Positions 44,770 through 53,407 of a stretch of DNA of 64,000 nt are shown here, in pieces (positions within the stretch are counted from its first letter, which is position 1; every line of letters begins with the position of its first letter). The DNA is taken from positions 531-64,530 of the forward strand of contig CAMNQN010000001.1 of NCBI GenBank assembly GCA_946549155.1, written 5' to 3'. Made by a program: the position numbers and the translations under genes. A model generated the notes under the pieces. That model searched no databases, was not told where the DNA came from, and saw only the letters and a program-made list of their open reading frames with translations. The stretch is from an uncultured Lachnospiraceae bacterium. Lineage in GTDB: Bacteria; Bacillota; Clostridia; Lachnospirales; Lachnospiraceae.

Positions 44770-47658
44770 ATGGACAGCATACGGACAATTATACAGCGGC
44801 TGGGATATGAGAAGTCAGATGGATTGTTTTACGCATCGGAATTGTCCAGATGCAGTTTGCTATCCTGGCATGACAAGAGGGTATTGAAGGAGCTATTGCC
44901 GTATGCGGTATATATTGCGGATGGTAAGATTTTTGTTGCCTTTTTTAATGACTTGCATCTGCGGGAGAATAGTGAAATTCAATGTAAGATTTGGAATGCT
45001 CAGATACCGGTTATTATTTCTGATGAGGGCGAGCTGGTTAAGATTTATAATGGGCGAAGTATGCAGCTTGGGGATGCCCGGAAAGTGCTGCTCTCGCATA
45101 TTGGGGACTATGAGATAGAGCAATTTGATGAAACGTGTTCGTTTTCTTACTGGAATGTCACAAACGCTGATTTGACCGGTGAAAAAAGAGAAAATTCAGA
45201 CAGGACATATTTCAATGATTATTTGGTGGATAATCTCAAATTTCTCACGCAGCAGCTGAAGGAAAGGTATCATATAACCTTTGCCAATAAATTTGTTTTA
45301 CGGATTATATTTATTCGATACTTGATTGATCGAGGCATAGATATTGGATATGGTGGATTGAATGGTGACAGAGAAAAATCCCGGCATATTTTTTTGGAGA
45401 TTGTCCGGAATAAGAGTGAACTTTTTGCTTTGTTTGCTTATTTAAAAAATCGATTTAATGGGAATCTTTTTGAAATGGAGGAGGCGAAAGAGCGGGAAGA
45501 AATGAAAGAAGCGGCACTGTTTTTGGTGCATGTTTTCTTGACCGGGCAGATGGAGGCCAGGACGGGACAGTTATGGCTGTTTCCTTTTTATGACTTTAAT
45601 ATTATACCGATTGAATTGATCAGCAATATATACGAGATTTTGCTTGGACGTGAAAAGCAGAATAAAGATAAGGCTTTTTATACACCGGAATATCTTGCAG
45701 ATTTTATGGTTGAGCAGACGGTTGGAGCTTATTTAATTAAGGAACGGGAATGCACGGTGCTGGATCCGGCTTGCGGATCAGGGATCTTTCTGGTAAAGGC
45801 GCTTAGAAAGATTTTGGAGAAAAATGCGTCCGAAAATGGCTTTTTGGACAGAGACGAAATTAATCGGTTGGTTGAAGCCAATATATACGGTGTAGATTAT
45901 AACGAAGAGGCAATAGATGTTACGATTTTTTCTCTGTATATTACGCTATTTGATTATCAGGATCCTAAGAGCCTGAAGGATTTTAAGCTTCCTTTGCTTA
46001 AAGGGAAAAATATTCTTTATGGTGATTTTTTTGATGAGGATACATTGGAGCCTATGAATGGTATCAAGTTTAAATTTGTTATCGGAAATCCACCATGGGG
46101 CAGTGTGCAGCAGAATTTATATAAGGAATATTGCAAAAAAAGAGGGGTTAAACTTCAAAATGGAGAGATCAGTGTTGCATTTTTATTGAAAACATGGGAA
46201 ATGGGGGGTGCGGATACGGAATGCAGTCTCATTATTCCGTCTAAGATTTTATATAAGGGCAAGGCACCTTCCTGTGATTTTCGGAAAAAAATGCTGACAG
46301 AAGTAGAGATGCGCCAGGTATTGGAGCTTTCTGCTGTAAGAAAACAAATATTTAAGGGGGCGGTAGCACCGGCAGCGGTGTTGTCTTTCGTATGCAAAAA
46401 AGCACTTTATGAACATAAGGTGGAGTATATTAGTTTAAAGCCCAATGAATATTTAAGACGTTTCGGCATTATAATGGTTGAACCAGATGATATTAAATAT
46501 GTAGAGCAGAGCTCTCTCTTACAATATGATGAATTGTGGAAAATATTGGTGTATGGAGGATATTGGGATTTTGAGCTGCTTCATTCGATGAAAAGAAAGC
46601 TGCAAACGATTAGGGATATTGAAAAGAAGTATGGGCTTATGCCAGGCGAAGGCATTCAGGATCATTATGGAGATGGCCAGGATGCGTCGCATTTGACAGG
46701 ACGTATATTGTTGGATTCTGATGGATGTATTGAACATTTTAAGTTAAATACAGAGCATCTGGAGGTGTTTCAAAAAGAACGGATTCATCGTCCGCGAAAA
46801 AAGGAATTGTTTGAACCGCCGTATGTTTTTTTCAAGAAAGGATTGGATTGCAGCAATTATTCTATCAAGGCTGTTTATTCGGAAAAGCGGCTGGTTTATA
46901 AAGAGACGGTTAATTGCATTAAAGGAACCTTTGCGGATAAAGGGGTGCTTTTAAATCTTGCAGGACTTTTTAATTCTTCTTTATTTTCCTATTTTAATCT
47001 CATGCTGGGTTCTTCGGTAGGCATTGAACGGGAGCAGATGTTTTCTACGGAGTTGGAAAATTTCCCGTATGTTTATAGTGAAGAGCTGGTTATGCTTGTT
47101 CAAAAGATTCAGGAAGCTGCGGAAGCGGGAAATGATATAACGGATTGGAAGGAAAAGCTGGATCAGTGTGTCCTTGAAATGTACGGCGTACAGGACAATT
47201 ATTTTGTGGATTATGCTTTGAAAATTCAGATTCCAATCTTGTGCGGAAAATACAGAAAGACAAAATGCAGGGAAGAGATTTTGAAAAAATACGCACAGGT
47301 TTTTATGGAATTATGGCAGGCGCGGTTAGAAAGAACAGGTTTGTATTATTCTATTTACTTATACCCGGATATAAAAGGAAAATTTACGGCGTTTCAGATG
47401 AAACTTTCTTTTGAAAAGCTGGATAAAGAGATACATGTTGTGGAAACCATCGATGATGATGTGGAGTTGCTCACCAAATTTATGATTTATAAGTGGAACG
47501 ATTGCTTTTTTCAGACAAAGAATGTGGTGGAGTTTGATGAAGATTCTTTTGTAATTGTGAAAACTGCAGATTCGAAAAACTGGCACCCTGCTATGGCGAT
47601 AAAGGATAGTTATAAGGCTTTAAATACAGTACTTCTGGGAGAGGAGGACTGGAAATGA
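44770..47658 (+). CDS. Large gamma-class N6-adenine DNA methyltransferase, MmeI/PglX-like architecture
   Basis: Motif I VLDPACGSGIFLV (V330). Motif IV VIGNPPWG (N440). Upstream FNGNLF and IPIELISNIYEILL blocks. About 500 aa C-terminal to the catalytic core, presumably the specificity region. Confidence 0.8.
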   Translation: MDSIRTIIQRLGYEKSDGLFYASELSRCSLLSWHDKRVLKELLPYAVYIADGKIFVAFFNDLHLRENSEIQCKIWNAQIPVIISDEGELVKIYNGRSMQLGDARKVLLSHIGDYEIEQFDETCSFSYWNVTNADLTGEKRENSDRTYFNDYLVDNLKFLTQQLKERYHITFANKFVLRIIFIRYLIDRGIDIGYGGLNGDREKSRHIFLEIVRNKSELFALFAYLKNRFNGNLFEMEEAKEREEMKEAALFLVHVFLTGQMEARTGQLWLFPFYDFNIIPIELISNIYEILLGREKQNKDKAFYTPEYLADFMVEQTVGAYLIKERECTVLDPACGSGIFLVKALRKILEKNASENGFLDRDEINRLVEANIYGVDYNEEAIDVTIFSLYITLFDYQDPKSLKDFKLPLLKGKNILYGDFFDEDTLEPMNGIKFKFVIGNPPWGSVQQNLYKEYCKKRGVKLQNGEISVAFLLKTWEMGGADTECSLIIPSKILYKGKAPSCDFRKKMLTEVEMRQVLELSAVRKQIFKGAVAPAAVLSFVCKKALYEHKVEYISLKPNEYLRRFGIIMVEPDDIKYVEQSSLLQYDELWKILVYGGYWDFELLHSMKRKLQTIRDIEKKYGLMPGEGIQDHYGDGQDASHLTGRILLDSDGCIEHFKLNTEHLEVFQKERIHRPRKKELFEPPYVFFKKGLDCSNYSIKAVYSEKRLVYKETVNCIKGTFADKGVLLNLAGLFNSSLFSYFNLMLGSSVGIEREQMFSTELENFPYVYSEELVMLVQKIQEAAEAGNDITDWKEKLDQCVLEMYGVQDNYFVDYALKIQIPILCGKYRKTKCREEILKKYAQVFMELWQARLERTGLYYSIYLYPDIKGKFTAFQMKLSFEKLDKEIHVVETIDDDVELLTKFMIYKWNDCFFQTKNVVEFDEDSFVIVKTADSKNWHPAMAIKDSYKALNTVLLGEEDWK

Positions 47659-48314
47659 ACGGGCAGATAAACAGTAGTATCCGTCAGGCGCTGCGGCAGG
47701 ATGAATTTGAGCAGATTGTGGGGTATATTCTGAGCGTTTGTTGCCTTGTTCTGGATGATTTTCAGCGAAGAAAACGCACGCTGCCGAATGATGAAAACCG
47801 TATTAGAAGTATTATTTTGAACGAATATCTGGACGATGATGAGGTCAGAAAAAATTATGGGATGTCGGACTGTGAGTTTATTCCTGAAGTGCCGGAAAAT
47901 TATGATGGAGCCGGGCATTATAAAGGCAGGACAGATATCCGAATCAAAGTGAAATCAGATTTTGACAGGCGGGCTGCTTATTACATAGCAGAATGCAAAA
48001 GAATTGACGGAAGTCCTGACTTGAACAAAGCTTACGTTCACGAAGGAATTGCCAGGTATAGCAACAGAAAGTATTCTGCATATTTTGGGAAAAATATCAT
48101 GCTGGGTTTCGTTGTAAAGCCCTTGAATATAGCGGAGAATACAAAGCGAATTGAACAAATCCAAAATGAATTGGAGGATACCTGTATGCATGGAAAGTTT
48201 CGGCTGCTAGATACGCAGGCTTGCGGAGAAGTTTATAATTGTATTTATCAGATGGAAAAAGAGAAATTGGAACTTCGACATATTTTTTCGGATTTTTCCG
48301 ATATTATGGAATGA
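47655..48314 (+). CDS. Small PD-(D/E)xK nuclease-fold protein
   Basis: ATGA overlap with the methyltransferase gene. GRTDIRIKV (D94), then about 19 residues later YIAECKRIDG (E-x-K). Confidence 0.65.
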   Translation: MNGQINSSIRQALRQDEFEQIVGYILSVCCLVLDDFQRRKRTLPNDENRIRSIILNEYLDDDEVRKNYGMSDCEFIPEVPENYDGAGHYKGRTDIRIKVKSDFDRRAAYYIAECKRIDGSPDLNKAYVHEGIARYSNRKYSAYFGKNIMLGFVVKPLNIAENTKRIEQIQNELEDTCMHGKFRLLDTQACGEVYNCIYQMEKEKLELRHIFSDFSDIME

Positions 48315-48356
48315 GGAAAAAGGAGAATATCTGAACCTTCAGGAGGAAATTGAGCA

Positions 48357-48773
48357 ATGAAACAACTGCTACAGCTTTACAAAAAATACAAAGAAATCAT
48401 CAATTACCTGATCGTAGGCGGCCTGACCACGGTGGTGAGCCTGGCGGTTTATTATGGCTGTGTGCTTACGTTCCTGAACCCACAGGATGGGGTTCAGCTG
48501 CAGGCGGCCAATATTATTTCCTGGATCGCGGCGGTGACCTTCGCCTACTTTACGAACCGGAAATTTGTGTTTGAGAGCAAAAATACGGATAAACTGCGGG
48601 AGGCGGCGGCTTTTTATGGCTCCCGGGTGCTGACGCTGCTGATGGACATGGCCTGTATGTTTCTGATGGTGACCCTGTGCGGTGTCAATGATAAGATCGC
48701 GAAGCTGGTGGTACAGGTGATTGTGACGGTGGGAAATTATGTGCTCAGCAAGTTTCTTGTGTTTCGGAAGTAA
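48357..48773 (+). CDS. GtrA-family small membrane protein (polyprenyl-phosphate-sugar flippase candidate)
   Basis: 138 aa, 4 TM. YLIVGGLTTVVSLAVYY, FTNRKFVF, NYVLSKFLVF. AGGAGG RBS. Confidence 0.8.
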   Translation: MKQLLQLYKKYKEIINYLIVGGLTTVVSLAVYYGCVLTFLNPQDGVQLQAANIISWIAAVTFAYFTNRKFVFESKNTDKLREAAAFYGSRVLTLLMDMACMFLMVTLCGVNDKIAKLVVQVIVTVGNYVLSKFLVFRK

Positions 48774-48813
48774 GTACAAGCGTATTTGTGAGAGGAAAAG
48801 GGAGAACAGAAAG

Positions 48814-48972
48814 ATGAAAAAGATGGAAAAATGGATAGCCAGAATGGATTCTTTTATGAAGGAAATGGGAGAGGAGTACAATAAGCTTGTGGAAACTTTT
48901 TCTTCCCAGTATATGATTTCAGGCGCCTGTATACAAAACAAGATATGTATTCTTAGAAAGAAAATCCTATGA
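48814..48972 (+). CDS. Small hypothetical protein (52 aa)
   Basis: AAGGGAG RBS 9 nt upstream. Its stop overlaps the start of the next gene (ATGA at 48969-48972), which suggests translational coupling. No family recognised. Confidence 0.35.
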   Translation: MKKMEKWIARMDSFMKEMGEEYNKLVETFSSQYMISGACIQNKICILRKKIL

Positions 48973-50141
48973 ATTTAAAATTATGTCTAAAACAATATGT
49001 CAAGATGTTCGCGCAGAACTGCCTCCTGCCCCTCTGGTACACGGTCTGCTGCCGCAGGCCGGTGATCCCGGGGCTGATTGTGTTTGCGGATGCGCACCAT
49101 GACAGCCGGCCGGGAAATATGGAACTGCTGTACCGGAGGCTGGAGGGGACTTCCCTCACTCTCCGGGAGCTTTATCTGGACTATCAGAAGCACTCCCCGG
49201 CGGCGGTGCTGCGTCATATGTTTGCTTTTATGAAGCTGTATGCCCAGGCGGACTGTGTGGTGATCTGCGACAATTTTCTTCCGGCTGCCTCCTGCCGGAA
49301 AAGGAAGGGGACCAGGGTGATACAGCTATGGCACGCCTGCGGCGCCCTGAAGAAGTTCGGGTACGATACGGAGGACGATATTCCGGCTAACTACCGGGGG
49401 AATGTATTTAAGAATACGGATCTGGTGACGGTGAGCTCTGGGCGGTGTGTGGAACCCTTCGCTTCCGCTATGCGGCTGCCGGAGCGGTGCGTAAGGCCGC
49501 TGGGCGTGAGCCGCACCGATGTGTATTTCAGAAAGGAGTGGCAGGAGGACTGCCGCAGAGCATTTTATGAGAGATATCCGGAGGCGGTGGGGAAAAAGAT
49601 AGCGCTGTGGGCTCCCACCTTCCGGGGAAATCCCGGGGCTCCCAAATCTCCGGAACTGGATCTGAAGCGGCTTTCTGCGCAGCTGGGGGAAGAATGGCTG
49701 GTGCTCTCACGGGTGCATCCCCATATGCGGGAGCGGTACGGGGAGACGGACTGCCCCATTGAGACAGAGCGGCTGTTTCCGGTGGTGGATGTGCTGATCG
49801 CGGACTATTCTTCTCTGATTTTTGAGTATTTGCTGTTTGACAAGCCGTTGGTGCTGTATGTGCCGGATTTGGCGGACTATCAGGAGAAGCGGGGCTTTTA
49901 TCTGGAATTTTCGGAGATTCCGGGATATCAGGTGAAACAGGAGAAAGCCCTTGCCATGGCGGTTCAGCAGGAGTACCTTGCATATCAGCAGGGAAAAAAT
50001 TATAATAGAGTACAGTTGGAGGAAAAACGGGCTTTGTTGGAGCGTCGGGAGCGGTTTTTGGAAGGCTACATGAGCGGCTGCGATGGACGGGCTACGGAAC
50101 GAATTGCGGAGTATATTTGCGATGGACAGACTGGGAGATAA
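48969..50141 (+). CDS. CDP-alditol:poly(alditol phosphate) phosphotransferase, TagB/TagF family
   Basis: IQLWHACGALKKFGYD, LWAPTFRG, ADYSSLIFEYLLFDKPLVLYVPDLADYQEKRGFY, MSGCDGRATERI. Confidence 0.85.
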   Translation: MNLKLCLKQYVKMFAQNCLLPLWYTVCCRRPVIPGLIVFADAHHDSRPGNMELLYRRLEGTSLTLRELYLDYQKHSPAAVLRHMFAFMKLYAQADCVVICDNFLPAASCRKRKGTRVIQLWHACGALKKFGYDTEDDIPANYRGNVFKNTDLVTVSSGRCVEPFASAMRLPERCVRPLGVSRTDVYFRKEWQEDCRRAFYERYPEAVGKKIALWAPTFRGNPGAPKSPELDLKRLSAQLGEEWLVLSRVHPHMRERYGETDCPIETERLFPVVDVLIADYSSLIFEYLLFDKPLVLYVPDLADYQEKRGFYLEFSEIPGYQVKQEKALAMAVQQEYLAYQQGKNYNRVQLEEKRALLERRERFLEGYMSGCDGRATERIAEYICDGQTGR

Positions 50142-50261
50142 TGACAGGCATCCGGGAAGCTCTTAAGTGTGGGACGGCGGGCTGTGGAGAGTATTCGCAG
50201 GATGTGCGGTCGGGAAAACAACGTACCTGACAAAGGGTGGCAATAGGGAGGAGAGGAACCT

Positions 50262-51485
50262 ATGGAGGAGCGGATAAAAGTATCGGTGGTGATTCCGGTA
50301 TATAATGCGGCCGATTACTTAGAGCAGTGCCTGGACAGCGTGGTGGGACAGACGCTGCGGGAGATCGAAATTCTGTGTGTGGATGATGGCTCTACAGATG
50401 CTTCCGGAAGTATTCTGGAAGCGTATCGGGAACGGGATGGGAGACTTCAGATTTTTCATCAGGAGAACCGGTATGCGGGCTGCGCCAGAAATCTGGGGCT
50501 GGCTCATGCGGTGGGGAAGTATGTTGTTTTTTGGGATGCGGACGATTTTTTTGAGCTGGACGCGCTGGAAAAGCTTTATAAAAAATGTGAGGAGGATCAG
50601 GCGGAGCTTTGTGTTTGTAGTGCAAAGCGGATGGATAATGAGACAGGTTTGACTTACAAATCCGGTGTTTATCTGGTGAAAAATATGCTGCCTCAGGAGC
50701 GGCCCTTCAGTAAAAAAGAGATTCCTCAGTATATTTTTAATTTTACAACAAATGCGCCCTGGAATAAAATGTATCGGCGAGAGTTTGTGCAAAGGCATGG
50801 CCTGGAGTTTCAGGCACTGCGGCAAGCGAATGATGTGTATTTTTCCATGGTTTCTCTGTTTCTGGCAGAGAGGATTACCGTCATATCGGAGCCGTTGATG
50901 ACATATCGGATGAATAATGTGACCAGCCTGACAGGGAAGGCATCGGATAGTCGTTTTTGCACCATGGAAGCCTGTCGGGCGGTATGGCAGAAACTGACTC
51001 AATATCCGGAATTTGATGAAACGGTGCGTCAGAGCTTCGCGAATCGGGTGTGGGATGCGTTGCGGTATTCTTTGCGGACGCAGTGGAATGTTCAGGCGTA
51101 TAAGGAGTTGTTTGAAGTTTATAAGGGGGAGCTTTTGGAGGAATTTGGGATAGCCGGAAAGGATGCTGGATATTTTTATAGCGGGCAGAGATATCAGGAT
51201 CTTTGTCAGATGATGGATGCGGATGCGGAGACTTTTTTGTTGTACGATTTCAGAATCCATGAGCGACGGTCTGAGATAACCAATGGAATTCTGCAAAATA
51301 CGAGGGTGGAGCTTGGAAAAATAAAAAAAGAAAATAAGCAGTTAAAAAAGGAAAATAAACGGTTGAAGGAAATAGAGGCTTCTAAAAGCTATAAGGTAGG
51401 ACGTATTTTGATGTATCTTCCGAGGAAGGTTTGGCGTGTGTTTAAAAGAATTGGAGAGTGGGGGAAGGCGCAGACGGAACGGTAA
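50262..51485 (+). CDS. GT2-family glycosyltransferase with coiled-coil and basic amphipathic C-terminal tail
   Basis: VSVVIPVYNAADYL, VDDGSTD, FWDADD. C-terminus is KKENKQLKKENKRLKEIEASKSYKVGRILMYLPRKVWRVFKRI. Confidence 0.85.
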   Translation: MEERIKVSVVIPVYNAADYLEQCLDSVVGQTLREIEILCVDDGSTDASGSILEAYRERDGRLQIFHQENRYAGCARNLGLAHAVGKYVVFWDADDFFELDALEKLYKKCEEDQAELCVCSAKRMDNETGLTYKSGVYLVKNMLPQERPFSKKEIPQYIFNFTTNAPWNKMYRREFVQRHGLEFQALRQANDVYFSMVSLFLAERITVISEPLMTYRMNNVTSLTGKASDSRFCTMEACRAVWQKLTQYPEFDETVRQSFANRVWDALRYSLRTQWNVQAYKELFEVYKGELLEEFGIAGKDAGYFYSGQRYQDLCQMMDADAETFLLYDFRIHERRSEITNGILQNTRVELGKIKKENKQLKKENKRLKEIEASKSYKVGRILMYLPRKVWRVFKRIGEWGKAQTER

Positions 51486-51600
51486 GAAATTCGCAAAATG
51501 GCCTTGCGCTGGGTACGAAAAGAAATTATACTGGGAACCAAGCGGTATGGTCTTAGAAGAGTACTGCGATGGGGCAGACGGATAGAATGGAGGAAAAAAG

Positions 51601-52323
51601 ATGAGTAATGTATATGGCGTGGTTCTGGCTGGAGGAATTGGATCCAGAATGGGTAACGTGGAAAAGCCGAAACAGTTTTTGGAATTGGGCGGGAAACCAA
51701 TTATCATTCATACGATAGAGAAATTCGTGATTCATCCGGGGGTGGATGAGGTGTTGGTACTGTCGCCGAAAGCCTGGGTATCCTATACGCAGGACATTAT
51801 CCGTAAATTTATTCCGGATACAAAAAGGATTCAGGTGCTGGCAGGAGGCGCCACCAGGAATGAAACGATTATGAATGCGGTGCGTTATATTGAGGAGAAG
51901 GGCGCGCTGGATGACGAGACCATTATTGTTACCCATGACTCTGTCAGACCTTTCCTGACCCATCGGATTTTGGAGGAGAATATTCAGGCCGCCAGGAGGT
52001 ATGGCGCCTGTGACACGGTGATTCCGGCCACGGATACCATTGTGGAAAGCCGGGATAGTGCGCAGATTACGAACATTCCCAATCGGAAATTTATGTATCA
52101 GGGTCAGACGCCTCAGTCGTTCCGGGCAAAACAGTTAAAGCTGCTGTATGAGGAGCTTGATGGTGAGGAGAAGGAGATTTTGACGGATGCCTGCAAGATT
52201 ATGGTGCTGAAGGGCGTTCATGTGCATCTGGTGCGGGGTGAGGTGTCCAATATTAAAATTACGTATCCCTACGATATTACCGTGGCGAAGGCGCTGCTGG
52301 GAATGGATTTGGAGGAAAAATAA
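51601..52323 (+). CDS. tarI: Ribitol-5-phosphate cytidylyltransferase
   Basis: Close block-by-block match to my recollection of S. aureus TarI: VLAGGIGSRMGN..KPKQFL, VTHDSVRPFLTHRI, MYQGQTPQSF, NIKITYPYD. Confidence 0.85.
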   Translation: MSNVYGVVLAGGIGSRMGNVEKPKQFLELGGKPIIIHTIEKFVIHPGVDEVLVLSPKAWVSYTQDIIRKFIPDTKRIQVLAGGATRNETIMNAVRYIEEKGALDDETIIVTHDSVRPFLTHRILEENIQAARRYGACDTVIPATDTIVESRDSAQITNIPNRKFMYQGQTPQSFRAKQLKLLYEELDGEEKEILTDACKIMVLKGVHVHLVRGEVSNIKITYPYDITVAKALLGMDLEEK

Positions 52324-53345
52324 TGCTGAATACGATTTACCAACTGGTGCGTCCGCGCCAGTTTGAGGTGGCTTTTGAGGATATTGCGCTGGATAAGGAG
52401 CATATCCTGGTGCGCCCTACCCATTTGTCTATCTGCAATGCGGATCAGAGATATTACCAGGGAAAGCGGTCTGAGGATATTCTGCGGCAAAAGCTTCCCA
52501 TGGCGCTGATTCATGAGGGCATTGGGAAGGTGGTGTACGATCCCACCGGAGAGTTTCAGGTGGGAGAGCGGGTGGTCCTGATTCCCAATACCCCCTGCGG
52601 GGAGGATTCGGTGATTGGAGAGAATTACCTTCGGTCCAGTAAGTTCCGGGGCAGCAGTATGAATGGCCTGATGCAGGAGTATGTGCAGACCGTAGGGGAC
52701 CGCATGGTGCGGGTCCCGGAGGGGCTGAATGATCTGGTGGCTGCGTTTACGGAGATGGTGACGGTTTGCTACGGCGCGGTTTCCAGGTTTGGGCGCACGG
52801 CCCATGCCAGGAGAGAGGCGATTGGTGTCTGGGGCGACGGAAATATGGGATATATCACGGCGCTGCTGCTGAAATACAGGTTTCCGGAGAGCAAGGTGTA
52901 CGTTTTTGGTGTGACGGAGAGCAAGCTCAGTGATTTTAGCTTTGCGGACGGAACCTACCTGGTGTCCGCGATTCCAAAGGAACTGAAAATCGATCACGCC
53001 TTTGAGTGCGTGGGGGGAAACGCGGCAGGACAGGTGATCAATCAGATCATCGATTTGATCCAGCCGGAGGGAACCATTGGCATTTTAGGGGTATCGGAGG
53101 ATCCGGTGCCGATAAATACCCGGATGATTCTGGAGAAGGGACTCCGCGTGATTGGAACCAGCCGCAGCGGAAGAGAGGAGTTTCTGGGTGTGCTTCAGCT
53201 GTACACACAGCAGCCCCGGGTGCCGGAATATCTGGAAAAACTAATCGGAGGTGCCATCCGTATTAATGAGATTAAGGATATGGAGGCTGCTTTTGAGATG
53301 GATATACACAAGATTATGGGGAAGACAATACTGATTTGGGATTAG
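52323..53345 (+). CDS. tarJ: Ribulose-5-phosphate reductase (MDR-type)
   Basis: YQLVRPRQFEV, LSICNADQRYYQGKR, QKLPMALIHEGIG and LIPNTP match TarJ. Start overlaps the tarI stop by 1 nt. Confidence 0.85.
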   Translation: MLNTIYQLVRPRQFEVAFEDIALDKEHILVRPTHLSICNADQRYYQGKRSEDILRQKLPMALIHEGIGKVVYDPTGEFQVGERVVLIPNTPCGEDSVIGENYLRSSKFRGSSMNGLMQEYVQTVGDRMVRVPEGLNDLVAAFTEMVTVCYGAVSRFGRTAHARREAIGVWGDGNMGYITALLLKYRFPESKVYVFGVTESKLSDFSFADGTYLVSAIPKELKIDHAFECVGGNAAGQVINQIIDLIQPEGTIGILGVSEDPVPINTRMILEKGLRVIGTSRSGREEFLGVLQLYTQQPRVPEYLEKLIGGAIRINEIKDMEAAFEMDIHKIMGKTILIWD

Positions 53346-53362
53346 CAGGAGCGGAAGAAAAG

Positions 53363-53398
53363 GGAGCCACGCATATTTTGCGGTGGCTCCTGCTTTTC
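53363..53398. terminator. Bidirectional intrinsic terminator between convergent genes
   Basis: GGAGCCACGCA-tatt-TGCgGTGGCTCC stem. Flanked by A-rich sequence (gaagaaaag) on the left and tgcttttc on the right. Lies between the tarJ stop (53345) and the stop of the minus-strand gene (53408). Confidence 0.55.
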
Positions 53399-53407
53399 GT
53401 CAAAGCG

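Noticed and set aside
44770-45220. N-terminal PD-ExK nuclease motif inside the 962-aa methyltransferase
   Set aside because: The best candidate (ADGKIF ... SEIQCK) does not fit D-x(n)-E-x-K spacing, so I did not call a nuclease domain. This is a negative result by eye only and should be re-examined with structure prediction.
50319-51296. 325-aa ORF on the minus strand
   Set aside because: It is antisense to the GT2 gene 50262..51485, which has clear GT2 motifs and a strong RBS. The product is low-complexity.
52269-52997. 242-aa minus-strand ORF
   Set aside because: It is antisense to tarJ, which matches S. aureus TarJ block by block.
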